Source: Zymomonas mobilis subsp. mobilis ATCC 10988 (lineage in GTDB: Bacteria; Pseudomonadota; Alphaproteobacteria; Sphingomonadales; Sphingomonadaceae). From it: a stretch of 32,000 nucleotides of DNA. The stretch lies in NCBI RefSeq assembly GCF_000175255.2, contig NC_017262.1, positions 1,650,001 to 1,682,000 on the forward strand, in the 5' to 3' direction. Positions 1 through 6,628 of this stretch are shown one piece after another; within the stretch, counting starts at the first letter, position 1; each line of letters begins with the position of its first letter. Position numbers and translations under genes: made by a program. A model generated the notes under the pieces. The model was given only the letters and a program-made list of their open reading frames with translations, had not been told where the DNA came from and made no database searches.

Positions 1-1
1 T

Positions 2-178
2 ATCAATTTTCAGCGGGACAAATCTGCCCCCGCGCAGTTAATGCTGATGGGATGGACGGTTATTGATGCCCAGAATAACCGATCTCAAATCATTCTGTCC
101 GAGCAGAAATTTAATCAGCCGGTTTCAAACAATATGTTCCGCTGGAATGACCCGCGCGGTAATAATGGCCCTCGTTAA
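2..178 (+). CDS. 3' end of a LolA-like outer-membrane lipoprotein carrier gene (partial, enters from the window edge)
   Basis: The frame is open from the window edge to TAA at 176-178. It is absent from the ORF track because it has no start in the window. The translation ...LMLMGWTVIDAQNNRSQIILSEQKFNQPVSNNMFRWNDPRGNNGPR matches my recollection of the LolA C-terminal pattern (GW-V-DAQ ... F..DP). Not searched. Confidence 0.4.
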   Translation: MNFQRDKSAPAQLMLMGWTVIDAQNNRSQIILSEQKFNQPVSNNMFRWNDPRGNNGPR

Positions 179-183
179 GGGGG

Positions 184-612
184 CTATCTTTTAAAGAGAA
201 AAGAATAGGTTCTCCGAATATCATTTCTGATTTTGGATAGGCCGTTTACGACCGCATTGACGGGGGCTGAAATAAGGCCTTTTCTGTGCTGATTAACAAC
301 GGGTTTCATCGCGTAGTTTTCCTGTATCCTGTCAGAATGAACCGTTTGGGGCACCAATTGAAAATCCCTGAACAAGAAAGCATGTAACTTGTCTTTCAGG
401 ATTTTAAATTCCCTGTTGTTTTCAAGATCAAAGAAATTACCGAAATGGCCATATAATTTTTTAATATTGTGGCGGGTATGATTGGGCTCTTTCTCAATTT
501 TATTGGCCAGATGATAAAGAATTCTACCCCGACAATAGTCTTTATTCTCGATAAGAATATCGACCATATTCAAAAGTATATTTTTTATTTCGGTCGTGGT
601 TTTTATTTTCAT
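184..612 (-). CDS. Hypothetical protein (142 aa), AT-rich orphan with no domain I recognise
   Basis: This is a track ORF with a GGGA motif a few nt upstream of ATG 612. Its base composition is visibly more AT-rich than the neighbouring genes, and a ~400-bp extremely AT-rich spacer lies 5' of it. No recognisable motif. Confidence 0.45.
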   Translation of the reverse strand: MKIKTTTEIKNILLNMVDILIENKDYCRGRILYHLANKIEKEPNHTRHNIKKLYGHFGNFFDLENNREFKILKDKLHAFLFRDFQLVPQTVHSDRIQENYAMKPVVNQHRKGLISAPVNAVVNGLSKIRNDIRRTYSFLFKR

Positions 613-1085
613 ATTTTTCCCATTTATTTTTTATCCATAAAAATATTCATGTTTTTATTTAAAAATAAACATTATTTTTCAAATAGTAAAAATATAATAA
701 AATTATTTCATTTTCGTTTATTTTTTAAAAATAAATATATTTAATATGAAAATTGACCATCCTCAAACCCTGTTCTTGTATTTTGCCACTTTTAATACAT
801 GAATCCAAGCCTCTTTATTAGTTTATTAAAACTTGTCTGTGATTATTTATATTTTTGAAATTAGAAATCTTATTTCAAGATATTTTTATATTATTTTTGC
901 GTAAAAATTTAAAGGACATATATTAACGGCAAATTTGCTACAAATTTAAATAAAAAAATGTATTTTATTCATCTTAGTGACAGCTTCAAAGGTGTAATGA
1001 TTTTTTCGTGGCTAAATATGCTGGCAGAATTTTCCCCCCTGTTGTCTGTCAGCTCAAGCCATCTCGCGTGACCAAATATAGGTCA

Positions 1086-1123
1086 GCCCTCGCTTCACGC
1101 CCCCGAAGCGAGGGCCTTTTTTT
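1086..1123 (+). terminator. Rho-independent terminator with no annotated upstream gene on the + strand
   Basis: The stem gccctcgcttc (1086-1096) pairs with gaagcgagggc (1105-1115) around an 8-nt loop, followed by cttttttta. The reverse strand has no T-tract after the stem, so the terminator is + oriented. Confidence 0.6.
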
Positions 1124-1268
1124 ATCTTGTTAACAGGGATGTCTGAATATCCGCTTGCTAGGCAGGTATTTCCTATGCTTAACTCATGACCTTTTTAGCT
1201 AGATACTTGCAGGGAAAGGCCATTTTCTCCGTAAAATGGTATTCTTGCGGGTTGTTTATCGGTCATAA

Positions 1269-2078
1269 ATGGCAGGAAATATTTTGCGTATTGTCTCATG
1301 GAATATCAATTCAGTGCGCGCCCGATTGGCGCATGTTGAACGTTTCTTAAAAGAAGAGCAGCCGGATATTCTCTGTTTGCAAGAAACCAAGGCTACAAAC
1401 GGCGTTTTCCCTTCCCGTTTTTTCTATGATCTTGGCTATATTCATCAGGCTGTCCACGGTCAGCCCGGTTATAATGGCGTTGCCATTCTCAGCCGAATTG
1501 CTTTTTCTCCCGCAGAAATTACCAGCCATGATTGGCAAAATAATCAGGAAGCCCGCCATATCGGCATTACCTTGGAAAACGGGGTGCGGCTGGAAAATGT
1601 CTATATTCCGGCAGGGGGTGATATCCCTGATCGCGATCTTAACCCTAAATTCGGCCAGAAGCTCGATTTTATCAGCCGAATGATTGAATGGTCATCGCAT
1701 TTGGAACAGCCGACTATTCTGGTTGGGGATTTTAATATTGCTCCGCTGGAATCCGATGTCTGGAGCCATAAACAGCTTTTAAAAGTCGTCAGCCATACCC
1801 CGATAGAAGTCGATCATCTTTCTCGCCTGCAAGCCAGTCACAACTGGATTGATCTGGGTCGTCATTTTTATCCAGCACCGGAACGCTTATATACATGGTG
1901 GAGCTATCGCTCGAAAGACTGGACAAAGTCGGATCGGGGGCGACGTCTCGATCACATGTGGGCAAGTCCCAGCCTCGTCGATCATTTGGTCGGTCACAAG
2001 GTGTATGAATCCTGTCGAAGCTGGATAAAGCCTTCGGATCATGTGCCTTTACTTACGGAGTTTTCTTTTCATGGTTGA
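1269..2078 (+). CDS. xthA: Exodeoxyribonuclease III (AP endonuclease, EEP family)
   Basis: 269 aa. The sequence shows the typical Xth layout: N-terminal ...RIVSWNINSVRARL..., LCLQETK, GYNGVAILSR, VGDFNIAP, and C-terminal SDHVPL. Confidence 0.9.
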   Translation: MAGNILRIVSWNINSVRARLAHVERFLKEEQPDILCLQETKATNGVFPSRFFYDLGYIHQAVHGQPGYNGVAILSRIAFSPAEITSHDWQNNQEARHIGITLENGVRLENVYIPAGGDIPDRDLNPKFGQKLDFISRMIEWSSHLEQPTILVGDFNIAPLESDVWSHKQLLKVVSHTPIEVDHLSRLQASHNWIDLGRHFYPAPERLYTWWSYRSKDWTKSDRGRRLDHMWASPSLVDHLVGHKVYESCRSWIKPSDHVPLLTEFSFHG

Positions 2079-3165
2079 GGATCGTAAAGCGATAGTCATA
2101 GCACAGGCGATAGATGCCTTGCGGCGGGGTTGGCCGATTTCGATCTCTGATCAGGGCGAGATTCTAAGTCTGTTGGCGGTCGAACGTGCTGACGACCATC
2201 GGCTCAAGGTCTTTGATCCCGATCAGACAGCCGATATTTTACTGTCTGCGGCAAGAGCGGCTATCTTGAATCTCGCCAATGACAAAGAGGCGGCTACTCC
2301 CGATCAACCTGTCACCTTGGCAAGGACGCCTTGGATAGATTGTGCTTCTGCCTTGGCTTTGGCTGATCCCTCTATGGATCTTGAAATGCCGATGAAGGGG
2401 CCTTTTAAGGTTAAAAAAACCGTTATTAAATCGGCAGCCGCATCGGCTTTGGAATTGGCCAGAATGGCAGGATTACTTCCAGCTTTCTTCGTTCAAGAAG
2501 GGCAGTCCGAGCAATCCCTTTTGACTCTTCCCGCACAAGATATTGTCGATTTCTTCCAAGGGCAGGGGGTTTACATCGCCGCAAGGGCGCGGTTGCCGAT
2601 TGCCTTGGGCGATCATGGTAAAGCCATTGAAAATAGCCAGATCGTTGCGTTCAGAAATGATGCCGATGCCGTAGAGCATGTTGCGGTGATTATCGGTCAT
2701 CCTGATGGTCAACCGCCTGTTGTTCGATTGCATAGCGAATGTCTTACCGGCGATGTGTTTGGTTCGCTGAAATGTGATTGTGGCCCCCAGCTACATCAGG
2801 CTTTAAGGATTATGGATGAATCCGGCTATGGCATCCTGCTTTATTTGCGACAGGAAGGGCGTGGTATTGGGCTGATCAATAAATTGCGTGCCTATAGCTT
2901 GCAAGATCAGGGTTTTGATACAGTAGATGCCAATGTCCGCTTGGGCTTTGTCAATGATGCCCGCGATTTCCGGCTGGCTGCCCAGATGCTAGGTGAATTG
3001 GAAATAAAGCAAATCCGTTTGCTGACCAATAATCCTGACAAAGTAGAAGGGCTTAAAAAAGCCGGCATTGATGTTGTCGAGCGGTTACCCTTAAAGATCA
3101 AGCCGAACCCGCATAATCAGGCGTATCTTGAAACCAAGCGAGACCGTAGCGGCCACCAATTATAA
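2071..3165 (+). CDS. ribA: GTP cyclohydrolase II with a degenerate RibB-like N-terminal domain
   Basis: The C-terminal half carries the RibA signature VRLHSECLTGDVFGSLKCDCGPQL ... LYLRQEGRGIGL..K. I prefer ATG 2071 (GGAG at 2057-2060), which overlaps the xthA stop by 8 nt (ATGGTTGA). The track start at 2041 is an in-frame alternative. Confidence 0.85.
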   Translation: MVEDRKAIVIAQAIDALRRGWPISISDQGEILSLLAVERADDHRLKVFDPDQTADILLSAARAAILNLANDKEAATPDQPVTLARTPWIDCASALALADPSMDLEMPMKGPFKVKKTVIKSAAASALELARMAGLLPAFFVQEGQSEQSLLTLPAQDIVDFFQGQGVYIAARARLPIALGDHGKAIENSQIVAFRNDADAVEHVAVIIGHPDGQPPVVRLHSECLTGDVFGSLKCDCGPQLHQALRIMDESGYGILLYLRQEGRGIGLINKLRAYSLQDQGFDTVDANVRLGFVNDARDFRLAAQMLGELEIKQIRLLTNNPDKVEGLKKAGIDVVERLPLKIKPNPHNQAYLETKRDRSGHQL

Positions 3166-3180
3166 CGGTGAAAATATTTA

Positions 3181-3205
3181 AATAAGGCAGAATCTATGCC
3201 TTATT
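3181..3205. terminator. Hairpin between convergent ribA and hxlR-type genes (possible shared terminator)
   Basis: aataaggca (3181-3189) pairs with tgccttatt (3197-3205) around a 7-nt loop. There is no clean T-tract on the + side and only a modest T-rich run on the - side. Confidence 0.3.
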
Positions 3206-3343
3206 AGGTAGGCGATAGCGTTGTTTCTAGAAGAGACTGTTATTCTCTTGGGCTTTAGACAGCTTGAAATAATGCTATCGCCTATTCTGTATGAGGCTCT
3301 GATTAGTCATTCTCAAAAGAAGTTTGCCGTAATCCGAGTCTAC

Positions 3344-3688
3344 TTATTCCAGTTTATCGACCAAATAGGTATCACCCCAATTTTTAAGTGCCATGATAAC
3401 CGGCTCAAGACTGCGACCGCGTTCCGATAAACTATATTCCACTTTTGGCGGGATGACGGGGTAAACTTTTCGGATAATCAATTCATTTTTTTCTAATTCC
3501 CGTAATTGTTTGGTCAACATCCGCTGCGTGATATCGGGAAAACGCCGCCGTAATTCGTTGAAACGTAAAGTCTTTTCAAACAGATGGTAAAGGATAACGC
3601 CCTTCCATTTGCCATCAATCAAATTAAGCGTCCCTTCGACAGGGCAACCGGCATTACATTCAAAATTTTGATGTCGGATACGGGGCAT
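3344..3688 (-). CDS. HxlR-family winged-helix transcriptional regulator
   Basis: 114 aa. CPVEGTLNLIDGKWKGVILYHL....LRFNELRR..P.ITQRMLTKQLRELE...I.R.VYP..PPKVEYSLSERG is the classic HxlR/DUF24 pattern. Confidence 0.85.
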   Translation of the reverse strand: MPRIRHQNFECNAGCPVEGTLNLIDGKWKGVILYHLFEKTLRFNELRRRFPDITQRMLTKQLRELEKNELIIRKVYPVIPPKVEYSLSERGRSLEPVIMALKNWGDTYLVDKLE

Positions 3689-3700
3689 GGCATTTCCTTT

Positions 3701-3724
3701 TACAGTATCATTATGGATACTATA
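3701..3724. promoter_or_regulatory. Candidate operator: 9-6-9 inverted repeat in the hxlR/oxidoreductase divergent region
   Basis: TACAGTATC-attatg-GATACTATA, with 8 of 9 arm positions complementary. It lies 13 nt upstream of the hxlR-type ATG (3688) and 79 nt upstream of the oxidoreductase ATG (3803). Confidence 0.35.
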
Positions 3725-3802
3725 GGCCTTTTATGTGCGTTCTTGTCCTTTTTAAATATAGTGAGGATATTGATAACCTTAAACCACAAAAGGAAGCTGA
3801 TT

Positions 3803-4819
3803 ATGCGCGCCATAGGTTATCAAAAGCCGTTACCGATCACTGAAACGGCAGCATTGGTGGATATTGATATTCCAAAACCAAAACCAAAAGGCCGTGATTT
3901 ATTGGTCGAGATAAAAGCCGTTTCTGTTAATCCCGTCGATACCAAAGTCAGACAGAAAATGCCTCCGAAGACAGGCGAAGAATGGAAAATTCTGGGATGG
4001 GATGCGGCTGGTGTTGTCGTCGAGACAGGGCGTGATGCCGAGTTATTTAAGGTCGGTGACGAGGTTTTTTATGCAGGGGCTTTCGACCGCTCCGGCAGTA
4101 ATGCAGAATTTCAGTTGGTGGATGAACAGCTTGTCGGTCAAAAACCGAAAAGCCTTAATTGGGCAGAAGCGGCGGCTTTACCCTTAACGACGCTGACCGC
4201 TTGGGAAGTCTTATTTGATCGGCTTAATATCAATATGCCAGTTGCTGGAATGAAGCCTGTCATTTTGATTATTGGCGGCGGTGGCGGGGTTAGTTCAATC
4301 GCTATCCAGCTAGCCCGTCAGTTAAGTAATGCAACCGTTATTGCCACAGCCTCACGGCCGGAAAGCCGTGAATGGGTTACCGAAATGGGGGCGCATTATG
4401 TTATTGACCATAGCAAGCCTTTACCTGCTCAAATAGAGGCACTTCATCTAGATGCGCCTTCTTTTGTTTTTTCAACGACCCATACGGCACAGCATTTTGC
4501 AGAATCTGCCGAATTGATGGCACCTCAAGGCCGCTTTGCTCTGATTGATGAGCCGGGCAATATTGATATCGCGCTCTTTCAGGCCAAATCTTTGTCGCTG
4601 CATTATGAATTTATGTTTACGCGTTCTATGTTTAAAACTGCCGATCTTTCTGAACAGCATCGTATTTTAAACAGAGTCAGCCGTCTTGTAGACGAAGGGC
4701 GTATTCGGACAACGCTGGCGAAAAATGGGGGCGTGATTAACGCCGCGCATTTGAAACAAGCCCATCAATTCATTGAAGACGGCCATGCCAGAGGTAAAAT
4801 CGTCTTAGAAGGCTTCTAA
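3803..4819 (+). CDS. Zinc-type alcohol dehydrogenase-like / quinone oxidoreductase (MDR superfamily)
   Basis: The track ORF starts at 3584, but that extension overlaps the hxlR-type gene. ATG 3803 is preceded by AGGAAG (3791-3796) and gives MRAIGYQKPLP..., the usual MDR N-terminus. A Rossmann motif IIGGGGGVSSIAIQLA is present. Confidence 0.85.
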   Translation: MRAIGYQKPLPITETAALVDIDIPKPKPKGRDLLVEIKAVSVNPVDTKVRQKMPPKTGEEWKILGWDAAGVVVETGRDAELFKVGDEVFYAGAFDRSGSNAEFQLVDEQLVGQKPKSLNWAEAAALPLTTLTAWEVLFDRLNINMPVAGMKPVILIIGGGGGVSSIAIQLARQLSNATVIATASRPESREWVTEMGAHYVIDHSKPLPAQIEALHLDAPSFVFSTTHTAQHFAESAELMAPQGRFALIDEPGNIDIALFQAKSLSLHYEFMFTRSMFKTADLSEQHRILNRVSRLVDEGRIRTTLAKNGGVINAAHLKQAHQFIEDGHARGKIVLEGF

Positions 4820-4866
4820 CATAACTTCCTAGCCCAGAGGCGTCTTTCAAGGTGGCATTCACTTTA

Positions 4867-5713
4867 GGCTCAGGACCTGTTAATTTCTTGAGTTGAGCGG
4901 GCTGTTGTGATTCACAGGTTTACCGATGGAGGTGAAGCTGTGAGTGACGTGTTTTTGCTGTCTGAGCACCAGATGGAACGGATTAAGCCGTTTTTTCCAC
5001 TGGCGCATGGTGTGCCGCGTGTCGATGACCGTCGTGTCCTGAGCGGGATCGTTTACGTGATCCGCAACGGCCTTCAGTGGAAAGACGCCCCGAAAGCGTA
5101 TGGCCCGCACAAGACTTTATACAACCGGTTTATCCGGTGGAGCCGCCTGGGTGTCTTTGACCGGATCTTCGTCGCCCTGACGGAGCAGGCAGGCCGTTCG
5201 AAGCGTCTGATGATCGATGCAACACATCTGAAAGCACACCGGACAGCGGCCTCCCTGCTCAAAAAGGGGCTTTTCCCCGCCATATCGGACGCACGAAAGG
5301 CGGACTGAACTCAAAGCTTCACGCTGTATGCGATAGTCAGGGCCGCCCTGTCCGGCTGCATCTGACCGCAGGTCAGGTCAGTGACTTCAAAGGCGCGGAT
5401 GTTCTGCTGGCAAATCTGCCGGAAGAAACACAAGAAATTCTCGGGGACCGGGGATACGACAGTAATAAAATCAGACAGTCTCTCGCAGACCGGAATATCA
5501 CCGCCTGTATTCCGCCGAAGAAGAACCGGAAATCAAAGCCGCCTTACGACTGGCATCTGTATAAAAAGCGTCACCTCATCGAAAATATGTTCGCAAAGCT
5601 CAAAGACTGGCGGCGTGTCGCAACACGATACGACCGGTGCGCTCACACATTCATGTCAGCAATCCATATCGCAGCAAGTTTCATCTTCTATCTCAAAGAA
5701 TGAGTCCTGAGCC
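4867..5713 (+). mobile_element. IS5-family (IS427-group-like) insertion sequence, copy 1, 847 bp
   Basis: Terminal inverted repeats are GGCTCAGGAC (4867-4876) and GTCCTGAGCC (5704-5713). The element is flanked by TA/TA (4865-4866 and 5714-5715). It encodes a two-frame DDE transposase. A second copy lies 22,992 bp downstream. Confidence 0.9.
4940..5703 (+). CDS. IS5/IS427-type DDE transposase requiring a -1 frameshift (orfA-orfB fusion)
   Basis: The best start is GTG 4940, with GGAGG at 4928-4932 and a 7-nt spacer; it gives MSDVFLLSEHQMERIKPFFP.... The track start at 4907 is an in-frame alternative. At CTC-AAA-AAG-GGG (5258-5269) a -1 shift opens a stop-free frame to TGA 5701-5703. That frame reads ...GAFPRHIGRTKGGLNSKLHAVCDSQGRPVRLHLTAGQVSDFKGAD...GDRGYDS...IENMFAKLKDWRRVATRYDR. 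The DDE residues are D in LMIDATH, D in GDRGYDS, and E in IENMF. Confidence 0.8.
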
Positions 5714-5825
5714 TAATGCCACCTTGTTTTTTTACCCGATCATTGAAGCCCTTTTCTCATATATTCTTTAGTCTTTTGATAATCATCTGTGATCTTATCC
5801 GGTTAGCAGTATAGGCTATCCGTTA

Positions 5826-6365
5826 ATGGTAGAAATTTACATTGATAGCCAATCGGGCATTTTAACCGAAGAACGAGACGGACGGCGCTATCAGACGTCA
5901 TGCGCATTAGGAAAAAACGGCGTTATCGCGGCTGATAAAAAACGGGAAGGGGACAACAAAACGCCTTTAGGTTGTTGGCCTGTTCGAGGGGCGTTGTTAC
6001 GTCCTGATCGTTTTTCTTGCGTGGATTCTCCGTCTTTTCATCTACAGGATATTAAAATTCCGTGGCGCTGGATTCGCCCTGATGATGGCTGGTGTGATGA
6101 CAGCCGATATGGCTGTTATAACCAACCGGTTACGTTACCATTCTCAGGATCGGCTGAGTCTTTGTGGCGCAATGACGCTCTTTATGACATTATTATCACG
6201 CTGGGCTATAACGATCGGCCGGCTTTTCCCGATTTAGGCAGTGCAATCTTCCTGCATTGTCGTATTTTAGGTCGAAAAACAGCGGGATGTGTGGCTGTTA
6301 TGCCAGATTTTCTAGAGAATCTGCTTGTTAGACTGCAATTAGGGGATAGCCTTAAGATATTTTAA
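5826..6365 (+). CDS. L,D-transpeptidase (YkuD)-fold family protein, small form without a signal peptide
   Basis: 179 aa. The C-terminal GSAIFLHC....KTAGCVAV resembles the His...Gly-Cys catalytic pattern of YkuD-type domains. No N-terminal hydrophobic signal is visible. Confidence 0.65.
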   Translation: MVEIYIDSQSGILTEERDGRRYQTSCALGKNGVIAADKKREGDNKTPLGCWPVRGALLRPDRFSCVDSPSFHLQDIKIPWRWIRPDDGWCDDSRYGCYNQPVTLPFSGSAESLWRNDALYDIIITLGYNDRPAFPDLGSAIFLHCRILGRKTAGCVAVMPDFLENLLVRLQLGDSLKIF

Positions 6366-6628
6366 AGCTATCAAGCCTTATAACGGCTATGTAGAGATGA
6401 CAGACAGCTTTATGACAAATTGTCACTAGACATTTTGTTCGCTGTTAGGCTTTTGCTTTTTCGCTAATATAGCCTACAGAACAGGACGTTTCGGTTATCT
6501 ATCGGGGGAATGAAATGGGGTGGCCTGATAATGTCATCCATCCATTCTCTTGGATACAATAAAAAGACTAAAAGAATATCTGCAGGAACCGGAAAAATCC
6601 GGTCTTATTGCAGTAAAGGAGAGGATGA

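Larger units (their letters stand above)
4848..5733 (+). terminator. Intrinsic terminator of the oxidoreductase gene, split in two by IS copy 1
   Basis: The left arm caaggtggcatt (4848-4859) and right arm aatgccaccttg (5715-5726) are perfectly complementary. The right arm is followed by ttttttt (5727-5733). The 847-bp IS plus one TA lies between them. Confidence 0.75.

Noticed and set aside
469-744. A 91-aa ORF (+) rich in Phe, Ile and Lys.
   Set aside because: It is antisense to the 5' end of the orphan gene and runs through the A/T-tract spacer. Its composition simply reflects AT-rich DNA, and it has no SD.
3584-3802. A 73-codon N-terminal extension of the oxidoreductase ORF as listed in the track.
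   Set aside because: The extension overlaps the hxlR-type gene on the other strand and crosses the divergent promoter. The MDR-family N-terminus (MRAIGYQKP...) with a good SD begins at 3803.
5381-5710. A 109-aa ORF in each IS copy (also 28373-28702), together with the antisense IS ORFs (4880-5110, 5074-5283, 5117-5314 and their copy-2 twins).
   Set aside because: This ORF is in the wrong frame relative to the DDE-motif-bearing reading frame, which is the -1 frame ending at 5703/28695. Its translation is Ser/Thr/Arg-rich nonsense, and the real second half has no start codon of its own.
6501-6545. The string ggggtggcctgataatg, which superficially recalls parts of a TPP riboswitch (GGGGUG...CCUGAU..AAUG).
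   Set aside because: The CUGAGA element and the paired helices of the TPP aptamer are absent, and the segments are far too close together. I kept only a weak Fur-like or promoter-like interpretation in the findings.
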